Translations under genes and position numbers: made by a program
Notes under the pieces: model-generated
Databases searched by the model: none
Told to the model about the DNA's origin: nothing
The model's input: the letters and a program-made list of their open reading frames with translations, nothing else
Part shown: positions 29,397 to 43,378 of the stretch, piece after piece
Layout: every line of letters starts with the position of its first letter
How positions within the stretch are numbered: the first letter of the stretch is position 1
Source of the DNA: Paramecium tetraurelia
Lineage: Eukaryota
NCBI GenBank assembly: GCA_000165425.1
Contig: CT868067.1
Span: 62,001 to 126,000 of the forward strand
Reading direction: 5' to 3'
Length of the DNA: 64,000 nucleotides

Positions 29397-29468
29397 GGAT
29401 CTATCGTATAGCGGTTAGTACCTGAGGCTCTAACCCTCAAGACCTTGGTTCGAATCCAAGTAGGTCCT
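29397..29468 (+). tRNA. tRNA-Gln, anticodon CUA (decodes UAG)
   Basis: Cloverleaf: acceptor GGATCTA/TAGGTCC, anticodon arm TGAGG-CTCTAAC-CCTCA (CTA at 29430-29432), T arm CTTGG-TTCGAAT-CCAAG, followed by a T-run Pol III terminator. Confidence 0.95.
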
Positions 29469-29516
29469 ATTTTTATATTATATTTTTGATAATAATAAAA
29501 TTAACACAAATATTCA

Positions 29517-31552
29517 ATGCAAGAAGCCTACGTCTTACATGATCAATATAGGAATCAATCCATGTAAAACTACATCAGTGGGGGCTCTCGTCCTCTGTAT
29601 TTCAAAAGGCCTTTGGTCCCAACGATGACTGACACTCCTTTAAAATTGAGCCAACCCCCAGTTTAATAAGTGAAAGAATAACCTCTTCCAGCAAAAATTA
29701 CTATAGAGAGAGTAACGCTGCTTTTTATTCGGCTAGGTCAAAGATGTTGAAATCTAAACTGATTATAGAGAAGCAGAAGCCTAAACGGACCCATATACGC
29801 CAGCACATGATTAAAATGAAGACTAAAATATAGAAATTCTAGCATTATAGCATCTGAAATGGGACAAGGGTTTGCCTGCTTCTATTGAGGAATTAGAGTC
29901 TATAGAGTGGAATCGAGAAAAGGTTTGGTTTGAGAATGCATTGCCTCCTATATCCGATGAAGCATCCTTTAAATTGAGAAGAGCGCTGATGAAATCATAA
30001 GAAGAAAGGGAGTGGAAGAAGAAGGAAACAGATATCAAGATGTAATTGTGATTTAAACTGAGTTAGAAATCAGAACGAGAGGTTGTATTTATTGTAAGAA
30101 GCTTTGAAAGAAAGAGAAAAAGATGTGGAAGAGAAGAATGCTTAAAGAATTGAAAGCATCAAAATAAAGAAAACAGAGTTGAAGAACAGGATGGTGGCTA
30201 AGATCTAAAAGAGAAAGATAAAAATACTTAGAAAGATGTAAAAAAGCAGAAAAGAAATTGATAATGAGGATAAGGGCAGAGAAATCATAGAAGATTATGC
30301 TAATTTCGCATCTAAAGTGTATGCTGGTATCACAAGGGAAGGATTGAGTCTTGATAAAATAGCTAGCAAGTATGAAGTGTAACCAGTTGCATTAAATACT
30401 TATAAAGGTTTGACTGAATTATCAACTACAATAAAACCTTCTATTTTAGAAACTACAGTAAATGTGGCTCAATTTATTAAAACTATTGAAAAGGATTACA
30501 CAAGATTGGAAATTCAACATAAGGTGGAAGTCAACAAAGCTAGAAATCAAATCTTTGGTTCAAATAAACAAGATCAATCTAATGAGATCTAAGCCGATCA
30601 CATTGGAAATAAAAATATCATTATCAGACCTGCAACTCCAACATATAATTAAGAATTTGAAAATGCTGATGTTAAGAGATAAGAGATGAAGTTTGAAAAT
30701 TATGAATAATTCAAAGTAGATGCTGTTAGGAGATAATCAGAAGATAAAAAGAATTCAGCTATTATCCTCCTTCAAAGATTATTTAGAGGTAGGGCTATGT
30801 AGAATATAATGTATGAAGGAAAAGAAAAGGTAATTTCTTAATTTTCTATTCATCTAGAGAACTGCCTTGATTGAGGAGTTGTTAACTGTTGCTAAAATAC
30901 CAGATCTACCAGAGGCTGAATAAGAGGAAATCTTGATGCAATAACATGAAGAAAAAGTGAAGAATGCTGCTTTGGAAGCTATTCAAGGAGAAGTGATTGC
31001 AGAGACTTTCGATATGTTAAGCAAAGAATTGCTCAGAATTAAATAAGAGAAGAGAATTGCTTAAATGGTGAAATCAGCTGAAGAAGATAGAAGATTAAGA
31101 GAAATTCAGGAGGCTGGTACAAGATAAGCAGAATAAATCTTAAGAGATAGAGAAGATGTCTAATACAATCAAATTATGAGAGTTCATTAAGGAACTGTTG
31201 ATACATATTTACATTGGATATTTAAGAATACTATAGAATAAGGTAGTCATATATTTAAATACATCTGTAGCTGCTACAAGACAAGCAACCATTATGACTA
31301 ATCTAAGAAAACAAAAGATGAATACTCCTGTCGAATATTTTGAAAGGAAATACAATAGTGATGAAACTATTATCAAAGACTTAGTTTAGCAATTTTTAAT
31401 CCCAAATGTACAAAGATCGAAGTTATAAAAACAAAGTAATTATCATTAATAAATTATTAGTATAAATTGAAGAACGAAGATTTAATGAAGCAGCTAAAAA
31501 ATCAATTCAGGCAACTTTATCACAGGCAGCCTAATAGATTAATCAAAAATGA
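29517..31552 (+). CDS. CFAP91: Cilia- and flagella-associated protein 91 (calmodulin/spoke-associated complex)
   Basis: QTDYREAEAQTDPYTP, GLPASIEELESIEWNREKVWFENALPP, IQ-like LLQRLFRGRAMQNIMYEGKEK. Confidence 0.88.
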
Positions 31553-31592
31553 TGATAAAATTATTAATTATCTATTTATTTTAACTTATACA

Positions 31593-34500
31593 TCAAACTA
31601 GTTAGAAGCAAATAAACATCAAAAGAGTTAACTATTGAAAAAGACCTATTCCAAACGAACTTTGTGTAGTTTAATTAGGAGTGTCATTGCCTTTGGTAGA
31701 ATTTTAAGGTTTTTCAATTTTCGTACATGAAACGCATTAGGAAGTGCTTGGGTTCCAGTAATAATTATATTGTGTTAAAGTAAAACAAGTATTTTAATTG
31801 TAAGAACTTAAGTCTGCACTTTCAATACATTTATTCGTTTTGGTGCTCCAAGCACATAATGTGATCTATTTATTGATAGTATTGATCAGAGGTTTACATC
31901 CAATGTCACTATTGCTATTTGGATTTAATAATGAGCAATCCATTTAATTACATTGAGAATTTTAAACTGTTCCATTAATTAAAGCTTCTGGTATAAATGC
32001 ACAACCAAAGTTCTTACAATTTTTTTCAATTGAATTTGCCTAACTACAAGAATCCATTTGTAAGCAATTTGAAGTACTATTTACCTACTCTTACCATATA
32101 CAAGTCGATTTATCTTTAGAAACATTGTCATTGCATTAAAATTAGCTCTTATAATTATTACAGCTGTCAAAATTAATACAAGCTTAATTAGCAGAATCAT
32201 ATGCACAACCTACATTTTAACACATTTACTATTCTGTTATACCAGTATAATCAGAGCAAACCTTAACCCTGCATTTACTTAGCTAAGCATCATAAAAACA
32301 AGCAATGTTATCAAACGCTATTACACAGCCTGGAGATTCGTATTTACTACATTCCAATAAATCAATACAATTAATTCCATTGGTTGTGCATTTAGTCGAT
32401 TACTTTTAGCAGTCTTGATGAGTTGTTAGTAAGGCATTTTAACACTTCCAAGGAGAACATGTGGAATTATCCCAGAAACATCTTCCATCAGTACCCCCAG
32501 CTTCACAAGAATCCTAATCTTTAATCATAGTGCATTGCACCTTTTCTACACAAGTCTCTTTGTTAGTAGTACATTTAATATTGTATGCTTAACATTCTAC
32601 ATGTGTTTTAAGTTGTAAATCTCCACATGCACCAAAGGTTTGACATACTTATTTAATGGCATTATAGCCACATATCTTATCATCTACTCCAACTGATTAA
32701 TTACAATTTTCTTAAGTAAATTATGGACAAGGTAATTTATGTTTACAAGTCTCACTCCCATCTGAATAGCATTTATCACTAATACTGGAACAAATAAAAT
32801 TATCTTAGGCAATTTCTGCAGCATTTTTAGGGATAGCATTCCCAATATCATCTCTTTTGATTTCTAATAAGAAATCTTCACACTTATTAAATTTGATACA
32901 CTTTTTCTAATTGTTATCCCAGATACAAGCATTTCCAGTTGAATCTGTAGTGCATGTGGTTCTAGATCTAAGTGATTAACATTCATAAAATGTTGAATCT
33001 TTACAGCCACCAAGATTATCATATTGACAACTATCTCCGAAAATACTACAAACATCTTAGCTTCCTTGAGTTTCTATCATATTGCAAGTGGCTGTAACAC
33101 AAATTTCATTAACCCACAAGCAGAATCTTCCTGGTGCAGTAGTCAAAGTTTATTCACAAGCCATTCTATTATCTATTGATTTGCATGATTAAATAGAAGA
33201 TTAACATTTCTTCATTATGCCATTGAATAAACAATTTTTTGTGTAGGCTTTGCATGCTTATTCATTAGCTGTACTAGATTCTTAACAAGTTTTAGCTATG
33301 CACTTATCAGCTTGAGTCTTGCTTCTTCCAGTACATTTACCATCTAGTCCAATTAATTTTTCACATTCTTAAAAAGTACCAGTGTAGGAATCACAATTTT
33401 ATAATTTATCTGTGCAACCTTATCCATTAGTTAAACATGTAGATAAGTATGCTTAACAGTCTTCATCTGTTTTTGTAGTAGTTGGAGCAGTATTACAAGT
33501 TTATTCTATGCACTTCTCAGCATTGGTTGGATCTTAGATACAAGTCTTTTTATTAATTGAAATAATAGTTTCACATTTCGATGTATATTAATCACATTGT
33601 TTTAATGAGGTAACACAATTCTATCCATCAAATTAACAACTAGGATTTGTTGAAGTACAAGTAGCGAGGCTTGGTTATTAAATAATTTCACAAGGAGTTG
33701 GTTGACATTAATCCGATGCTTCGTTTTCAAAGCATTTCCCATCTAATCCTTTATATTTGAAGCATCCATCAGACTTCTTATAAGTGTTGCACGGCTATAA
33801 TGTAGTTGTACATTTCACTCCATTTGATATACACAATTTTGGAGAGTTGGTGTCTCTTGATGAATACTTATTGCATTATTCATCTGAGTCAAAATTATGA
33901 CTTGAACAAATGTCTAATGCACAAACTTTAGATCCTTCGGTTTCTGGTTTACACTAGCCTTCTTAACTTATGTATTGATCACAAGTTGAGTTCTCCAGAA
34001 TTTTCAATTATTTGCAAGTACCAACCAGTGTTGAAACACATTAAACCCCATTGGATATGCATTTTAAGTTTGGACTTGCTTTCTTGCATTCATCATCGGT
34101 TGTTCCCTTGAAATCTTCACAATTTGGATCCTTACACTATTGAGTATTTGAATTAATTTAACAATCTCCATTAATTCCTTTATAACTCAAGCATTCATCA
34201 ATTGTATAACCCAAACAGGAGCTCAAGGAGTCAACACATTTTTGTTTATTTGATAAGCATGTGGATTTATACTTTTTACATGCCTCATCTGATGACGCAT
34301 CTGGAGCCAATTTACAAGTTCTGAGTTGACACTTATTAGTATTATTATTGACTTCACATTATCCATCCTTTGATAAGATGTTGAGACAATCCTCGACGTT
34401 GTAAGAATCACAATTCGCAAGTTCCTTCACGCATGTCTTTTTATCTGTAATGCACACTTGATTTAGCAGCACTTTGTTACAGTCTTCATTTGTTTTCTTA

Positions 34501-35003
34501 GGATAATTTTTGCATTCCTTCTCCTTGCATTATTTAGTCTAAGTGTCGTACATACACAAGCCTTCTCCATTTAGTTGTTTGACAGATTCACAACCTGACT
34601 ATTTGTCCTCACCTACATATTCACTACAGACCCTTTCGTCTGTGCAATACTAATTAACAAGTGACCAATTGCATAACATCGAGTACTTTTGGCATTCTAC
34701 ATTTGATGTTGCAATGTATGATTAGCAATTACTAAAAACTACACATTTCTTGTCTACAAAGGCACATCCTCTTTGCTTAGCACATCTTCCTCCATCTATT
34801 ATAGAAGAGCAAAGTGTAGAGGAATAAGCAACTAATTTAGCCTAATTACAACTCTTCGATGACAAATCCCATTCGCAGGTACTAAGTTAGTTACAGTCGT
34901 AAGCTGTTAAAATAGCAGAGCATTAGCAAATGTTATTACTTACAGTTAATGATTAGCTCACTCTCAAATACAAAACAATCAGTATCATTAATATTTGCGT
35001 CAT
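31593..35003 (-). CDS. Paramecium surface-antigen-repeat protein (mini-antigen-like), probably GPI-anchored
   Basis: Signal peptide; periodic Cys repeats with C-x-(S/T)-(N/D)-G-x-x-C motifs (CISNGVQCV, CLTNGQGC, CTTNGINC); hydrophobic C-terminus; 3411 nt, apparently intronless. Confidence 0.88.
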
Positions 35004-35415
35004 TTAAGTTTCAGATTATTAAATTCTAATTATAGTGAATACATCATAACTTATATAATTATATTAAGGTAAAAGATATTTCATAATACATTGCGGGTCA
35101 AAATATTTTCTGTCATGTTCTTTTTTATTTTCAATAATTTTCATGATTTCTAATAATCATAATTTCTAGATCTATATTTCTGTTCTTTAGACTTGTTTCA
35201 ACATTAGATTCTATTAAATATCATCAATTTGATCTCATTATTCAACATTAAATCTAAAATAATAAATTCAGTATGCTATGGAGATCTGAGAATTTAAGAA
35301 ACTAGAAACTAATTTCAAATTTGAATAGATGTTTGGACAATTTAAGTATAGCATAATTACTCTACTATGTATTATGAAATCACAAATTAATAAATTAAAA
35401 GATATAGACTAAAAT

Positions 35416-36881
35416 TCAACTACTAATTTCATTATGATTATTAAAATTCAAGGTTCTTTTTTGTCTACTGCCTCGTCTGAACATTAGATGAGATTAAGGA
35501 GGTTCAAAGTAATCATTATTAAGATTAGGAGGTTTTTCAGATGGACTTTTGGAAAATATATTGAAGTCTTTCTTTAGAGAAATCACTTTTATAGTCTTTG
35601 GAGATCTTTGAGATTATTTAGAGTTTATCCTAAATCTACTTGAGTTTTGATTCAAAATTCCTATTAATTGAATGCCTAAATTTCTTTAGGTTTTTTGATT
35701 TTCTTGATCAAATATTGGATGAGCCAATAATTGCTTGCAAGTTTTAGTTTTTAACCCTTAATAAAAAATTGAATTTAAGAAATCGAAACACAAATCTGAC
35801 AAAGGAGGATCTATAAATTATAAATCTTCAGCTCCTCTGAATTTATTCATCATAGCATCATCAATTACTTGATTTACCTAAAACTATTTCCCTGTCAGCA
35901 AATTGTGCATCACTATTCCCAAAGATAGAACATCAAATTTAATATAATATAGAATTTATTTCTCTGGATTCAGTGGTATTGTTTATTCATCTTTCTGATC
36001 TCCTTCATTAATTTAAACAGCCTAGTTAAAATCGATTAAACAAGGATTTGAGAAGTCATTCTTATTTTTAAAAATAATGCTTTAAGTACTAATCTATTTA
36101 TGAAATATGTTGAGATCATGCAAGTACGATACAGCTTGGAATAGAGGTTTCATTATTATCAAAATTTCTTATTCTGAAAGAGCCTATTATTTTTCAGTAA
36201 TGGTAGCAAGTTTTTCACCCTTGAATAATTCCAAAATTAAGTATATATGATTATTGCTCTCATAGACTTCATAGATCTTCAATAGATTTTGGTTATCCAA
36301 GCAGCGGATTATCTTCAATTCTTTTAAGAACTTTTTAGCTTCAAATTTATTTATTAGTAACCTCTTCTTATCAAATACTTTGACTGCATACTCATACTTT
36401 GTCAATTTGTTTCTTGCTCTATAGACCTAATATTTTGTAAAAAGATATACAATTGTTGAATATCCCTCTCCCAGTTTATTTAAAAGTTAATACTTCTATA
36501 TAAAATCGAACTGTATGGTATATTTCTTCATTATTTCAATCCACTAGTCTGATAAGCCAAAAATATCTAAATCCACTCCATTTTTTGATAGTTTGATCCC
36601 AAATAGTCCTGTTTTTGGATGTATGATTTTTTACATACAAACATTCTTTAAATTGATAAATTTCTATTTTAAAAATCAATTTATTATACATCTTCACCAA
36701 ATCTAATGAAATTTGATCCTAATGCCAAATTTTTTATTACTAATCTGTTTTAATAACTAATCTAGAACTCACCTTTGTATAAGGGAACAAAAGGATGAAT
36801 GGAATGGAACGAATATAAAGAAGTATGATCATTGAAAAAGGAATCTGCTGAACTAATTTACAATAGTTATTGTTTTATCAT
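35416..36881 (-). CDS. Pseudokinase of the PH-like/CaMK family
   Basis: LGEGYSTIV and YAVK are present, but the catalytic loop reads FHKQISTQSI and DFG is replaced by DFN. Confidence 0.85.
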
Positions 36882-37216
36882 ATAAATTTTATTGTTTTTA
36901 AAAATAAATCATTATTTCCTATATTTTATAATCATACTCTTCAAACCAAATTTATTTATGTAATTATTTTGTATTCCAATATAACCTTATGGAAAATAGA
37001 ATTTCCTTAAATATCTTAAGAAGAATACCTATTTTATGATGGTATATTTAAAATCATGTAGAATGCATAAAAAATCTTTAGAATAAAATGTGATTTTTAC
37101 CTAAATCATCTCAAATTCTGTAAAAAGTCAAAACGCTACTAAAGAAAATATGATCGGAATTTTAAGAGAATTAACTTTGATTTAAGAATTGAGAGAAATC
37201 ATGATATTATTATAAT

Positions 37217-38723
37217 TCACCAAACTTTTTACTTTATCTTAGGCATTAGATTCATCCTGGGTAGTTAATAAAGATTACTTGGTCTTCTTTATGAGTTTTA
37301 TGAGGGTGGATTGGCTCCATTATCAATCCTATTGAATTTAGATATCTTTAGTGGTAATAATATGTTTTTTTTAATTCTGTTTGATAAACTTCTTGAGTCG
37401 CTTTTTCTTTCTTAAATATTAGGCAACGTATTAACCCTCGATCGAATCTCCATTGATTCATCTTCGTTTTCGCTTTACACACTTTATCTTCTAATCTCAT
37501 TTAAAGTTTGATATTTGAGAATAAAATTAGATGGCTCTATTTATTTCTTGAATATATCATTTTTTAACACCTCTAAAGGTGTATTTGTATCACTTAGTTA
37601 CAATTCAAAATCAATTAATAGCAATTGTTAAAGTAAGATTTCTAATTCCTTACTAATTTATTAGAAATTTAGCATGCTTTTAATATCGTCCAATTGACTA
37701 GGTAAATTATATTGATTGTATTGATGGCCAGTAAGCAACCTTATTAAGATAATACCCAATTATTGTAGGTCAGAGGCGTGAGTTTTATCAGTTTTTAAGG
37801 AATTTCTTTGACTCATCATTTTTTTGGTTGAGTTCCTGGCAGCATTAATCGACATCACTTTGGAATAATGCAGTAGGCATAGTGAATCTAAGTCTTATTC
37901 GCTCTTGAAGCCTATGGCCTTGAGGTTGACATCGCCATGTATTAATCCTTTTTTATGCATCTCTTGCAATCCATTTAAGGTTTATTTCACTATGAATATG
38001 ATTTGTTATTAATTAAAGGTGGTTGATTAAAGCTTACTTTCTAGGGTTCCACCTTCAACCAATTCTTCTACTACATAGAGATGGTTCGCACTCTCAAAGG
38101 TTTCTAATAGACGAATTAAATTTTTATGATCGAATTGCCTTTTGATATGAATTTGCCTTTTGACTAGCTCAAGGAAGGCTGGAGAATTTTGCAATTTTAA
38201 TTTATCATAAATCCTAACAGCATTTAACTATCCAGTTAGTTTATTTCTAATTTTGAAAACCTTTGTAGAAATTTAAAGTGATACATACTTGCAATTGGCT
38301 TCCCTCTCCAATTTTTTTGATTATTTTATATTTTTATTACAAATTTGTTTAGATTGTATACTTTCTTAAGACCTCAACCCAATTTTGGATGTCTCCATAT
38401 ACATCCAGTTTTTCATTGTTTTTACTTAATCTAAATCCTGATTGAGAAGTTCTTGGATGGTACACCAACTCTAGAAATAGATTCCTAACATCGAGAAATT
38501 TCTGTTTAATAATTGAGATAATTCTTACATCATCTCCAAATTTCAGATAGTAACCTCCCAAATATATTGTCTTTTATATGAACCTATTCCTATTAACAAC
38601 AGAGAGTTCATCTGATAGTTGGAATTGGATCAGCATCTGAGGTCTTTGAATCCAAAATTCCGGACTGTCTTCTAAGATAGACTATGTTAAATTGATGGGC
38701 TTGTTATTTTGGGATTTAATCAT
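37217..38723 (-). CDS. Pseudokinase of the PH-like/CaMK family
   Basis: LERGSQLQV, NAVR in place of VAIK, HGDVNLKAI catalytic loop, LLHYS in place of DFG, no APE. Confidence 0.82.
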
Positions 38724-38848
38724 TTAAATAATATAACATTCTTTTGGATGAATAATTATCAATAGCAAGAGTCGTAGGTATAAAGAAATACACAAATAAA
38801 CGTAGTCTTGGTTTTGAACAGCATAATTATATCATTATTTATATATTC

Positions 38849-39430
38849 ATGAAATTTTAATATAAATAATATTAACTTCAATTTGAATTCACCAAATAAC
38901 TTAGTGCTGAACAACTAGCAAACTTCAAGTTTATAGTTAAGAACCCTTCAATTAAAATAAATATGTATATATGCTCTATTTACAGCTTACTCAATAATCA
39001 GAAAAAGATTTGAACCTACTCCATTTGCCATTTATTTTGCTCAACAAATGTAAGGATAAAGTAAAACAACGATTAAGTAAATTAGCTATTTAATTATCAC
39101 CTATCAAACTGCTTTTAAGGCTTTAAAGTTTCATAATCTCCGTAATATTTTCAATTCAGAAGCATTTGAAGCAATTATGTAACACATCATTTATTTTAAA
39201 ACTGCTTAAATGATCGTATCCAAATATCTTAGGAATTCATATCAACATTCATCAATATATTGTTAAACACATGTATATCTAATCTAATTAAGAATGAATT
39301 TAGTTATACAGAAGGTGCCAAAGATTGGGTCTCTCCTGTTTTAAGAGTCAGATTAAATATAATTATTAAATATTAAAAATAGTATGTGCAAAGTATGATT
39401 TTGATAGATTAATAAGAGAGGGAAGCATGA
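38849..39430 (+). CDS. Hypothetical protein
   Basis: ATG 38849; open frame in code 6 with canonical short introns; TGA 39428-39430. Confidence 0.55.
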
Positions 39431-39539
39431 ATAGGAAGAGTTGGAGGGTTTGTGAATATAATAATATAATAAATGAACATATAGAGGAAATATATTTTAA
39501 ATCTTTTATTAAAAATATATTTTAAAAACATAAAATATT

Positions 39540-39957
39540 ATGGCTGACTTGAAAGAGAAGAAAGTAGAAGATGAACAATAGACAAAAAAAATTAGAATGA
39601 TTGTTACATCAAGAAATGCTTAAGATTTGGAAAATTTCACTAATCAAGTTACTGAAAAGGCTAGAGTGATCTAAGTATTGATTGCATTTCAACATTAAGA
39701 GAGATCAAGGCTAACAAGTTGTATTCAAAGGACCAGTCAGAATGCCAACAAAGCATCTTAAAATGACAGTCAGAAAGAGTCCTTGCGGTGAAGGTTCAAA
39801 GACTTGGGATAGATTTGAAATGAGAGTAATACAATTAATTAAGAATTAGATTCACAAAAGAGTAATTGATTTCTAATGCACTTTACCAACTTTCAAGGAT
39901 ATTACAAACTTCAAAATCGGTCCAGGAATTAATGTTGAGTTGAACGTAGAATAATGA
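39540..39957 (+). CDS. RPS20: 40S ribosomal protein S20 (uS10)
   Basis: [40 protein letters not shown]; two introns. Confidence 0.97.
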
Positions 39958-40013
39958 TTAGTGATAATATTAAATTATACATTAAACATAAATACATTAA
40001 TAATTTTAGTATT

Positions 40014-41857
40014 ATGTTATAGAGAATTTAACCTCAAATTGGAAATAATTAGCCAATACATAACACTCTTGAAGAAATGTCGATAGGACAAGATTATACG
40101 AACTTTGTCGTCCTTGAAAATTCAATTTTTAAGACAGTATTTAAAATAGAATAAACTAAGATTTATGAATGCATCCGAATATAATCAGCACAAAAATACA
40201 TAGTTTATCAATTGAAGTATCAATAATATTAACAAAGCCACTCTGTTTAATCAGTTTCCCCTCAATATATTCAAAAACTCAACTAATACAAGCTCGTAAA
40301 CCTCATTCATCCAGAAAATATCTATTATTAAGAAAACTGCATTTTTATGACATAATAGCAATGTTTAAACACCTTTTAGCTATAGAACTGTAGACAAAAA
40401 TTAAATAAATAATTACAATTGTTCTTAGTAACATAACTTTGCATAAGTTTTAATAATATTTTATACCATATTTTTATAGCATTATAAGAACTCGAGAGAC
40501 GGAGCTTCCCCCCTTATATATTGAGTCCCAATAACATTTACATTATCGAAGGTGTATTGCACCTTAGTTTGATGCATTTCAATTTTCAAGAAACAGGATA
40601 GTAAACCTTTGATTCATTTAAGAAATTCGGTAAATCTTAATTGTGTATTCTAAGTCAATTAATATTTTCACTTAGATGATTACTGTAAGGATAATTTTGA
40701 AAAAACAACTGATTATCTCTTATCAAATATATAGATTGATGATTCAGGATGCAATTCTTTGAACTATATCAAAAAGTTGCTTTAGATTAATTATTTAAAA
40801 CTAGAATAAGCTGGATATAATTCCTTTATATATTCATCATCAAGACCTCCTTTATTTTAAATTTATCCTCACATTAAAGATCAAATCATTATTAAAGTTC
40901 TCAGGATAAATGATGACAATGATGAAGATGTAAATAAATATCGATATTCTTAAAATGAAAGAGAATTAATGTTCAATGAATAACTTAATGACAACATCAA
41001 ATTTGCAACTTTTTGTGCTTATATTCGAATCCAAAAGATTCCCTTCTTTTTTTTCTAGAAGTATCCCTTAACTTTGCAGCAATTATTTGAGGAATCCTCA
41101 AAAACAACTGACCATCCTCTTTAAAAATTGCAATACAATTTTGCTATGCAGCTAGCCTTAGCCTTAAAGGAATTACATAGGTTGCAAATTTTACACAGGG
41201 ATATTAAACCTGAAAATGTATTCATTACAAATCTAGATTATCATAAAGCCAATCTTAAAATAGCAGATTTTGATAGGTCTAGGAAAATAGATTAATAGGA
41301 TTGTTAAGAGTAAGTTTCAGAAGGTGATTATACAGTCTTTTCTAGTACTTATAATTATAATCCTCCTGAAGCTTTTAAAACCTAGTATGGTTATTCAAGT
41401 GACGTATGGCAATTCGGATTGACTTGTAATGTTGTATTCAAAATATTTAGTATTCCAAATGGCAAACAATGGAGTCTATCCACCAGTCAAGGAATAGCTA
41501 GTCTTTTTAGATGACGACTATCGCAAAATAAATCTAGATTTTATCAAGAATGTATTATAAGATAAACAAAATATTAATTAAGCTTATATTAATTTAATCT
41601 CAAGATGCCTAGAATATGAGAGTGATAAAAGGATCACTTTAAATAAATTTATATATGATTTAGGTCAAATTAGAATTGATATGGCTGATGAAGATGATAT
41701 TGTGGAACCTTATTATTATCATACATCAGAATAAAGCACATGCAATTTTGACTCTTCAGTTTGTTGGACAAATTTTTCCTTGAAAAGCCCCAATTGGAGT
41801 TTAAATAAACTAGCATAATCGCTTGGAGATACATCAATATTATTCAAGGATTAATGA
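40014..41857 (+). CDS. Divergent protein kinase with long N-terminal extension
   Basis: IIIKV, LHRDIKPENV, KIADFDRSR, TYNYNPPE, SDVWQFG; TGA 41855-41857. Confidence 0.8.
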
Positions 41858-41881
41858 TTTAATATATGAATTTTAAATGTA

Positions 41882-43378
41882 TCACTCTTTTAATTTTAAA
41901 GTCTATAAATCTAATCTTCTTAAATATATTATAGACAGAAATGCAAATAAAAAGGTTCCGAAAATCATTAAAGGTTCCCTCAAAATCGATGTTCCAGAAA
42001 GTCGATAAGTGATCTATTTTAGAAATTAAACATTACAATAATCTGCTTATTATCATATTGACTTGTAGTTGCCTTATTCAAAATTATGGTTGGCCTACCT
42101 ACTGTATCAAAGTAAGAAAACAATAGTGTGTCATTCCTTTCCACTTACAAAGGTAGATCAACTTGGATATCATAAGCTCCTTCAGGTAAGGAAATTTAGA
42201 AGGTATATTTATCAGACACCACCTCCTTTACAGAGAAGGAGAAATTTAGTGTGAGTCTAAAATTGTTTCCATCTTGTTCTAAATATCTAATTTATATTGA
42301 TGCCAAATACTTTTTGGTTGGTAAATTGTATCCTAAGGTAAAATTACTTCTCCATCCTCCAAATATTGCAAATCTAGGTCTTAATTAGACTAAGGCTTAG
42401 TTTTCCCCATTAAGTTTCTAAGATGTTCATAGAATTGAAAATTACCCCTTTAGCAGCATTTGATGTGGAAATGTTTCCAATTTCATCTCTGTAATAAACA
42501 CCCCAAGAATCATATGGGAGTGAGGCTGACAATTATTTCAAAGAGTGTTTGCCCACATTTGGATTGTATTTATTGAAATTGACTCTTCCGAATTCTCCTT
42601 TTAATTTGGCACCTTGATTTTCAATTGAATAATTTTCTTCGATTAAAATATTACCCCAATGAGAGACCTCTACAATCTTAGAAGCCTTTGTAAAAATAGT
42701 CATTGGTGTGTTATTCTCTAAATGAATTGTGTGAATTTATGTAGTATAAGGCTTAACATCCTAGTAAGGTCCAAATTCTAGAAGTTAGTTTCTTTGAATT
42801 GCCGATTTTAGTGTGTAAGAACTTTAATTACATTAGATCTTTACATAATTTTAGGAGTTTCATAGTAAGTGATTTGATTCTTTACTAGATAAGGAGTGAA
42901 GAAATAGACTGAATCCAAGAATTAGACTAATTGCTCATCCTTAATTATTAATCTTTATATAATACCTCTAATCCGATTTCTTTTGGTAATGGGTTAAATC
43001 TTTTATAAAATTGTTCACTTAATTCTACTTCTAAAGTGGAGCTAGGCTCTATTGGCTTATTCAAGGTGAATTCATAGACTGTGGCATTCTATTTGTATTT
43101 CACGTCCACGTCTTCAATCAGTTTTTTTGCATTGCACTCCTCTATATTGACATGATATAGTCTATCTGCCAATACATTATGGATTGTATAATAAACCTTT
43201 TCAATTGGAATTACTCCATCATTTTAAAAAGTAATCTTAAAATTATTGTGATAGTTACTTTGGATTGGATGCTGACGTATCTATCAGTTAATGACACTGT
43301 CCTCTCAATATTTGATATGGCAAAGTTTTTCTGAATTCGTAATGAGGATGCTAATGCTAAAAATATCAAAAGCAGCAT
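41882..43378 (-). CDS. RPN1: Oligosaccharyltransferase subunit ribophorin I
   Basis: Signal peptide; EVSHWGNI, YYRDEIGNISTS, PRFAIFGGWRSNFTLGYNLP, LPEGA; C-terminal TM after LREPL. Confidence 0.95.
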
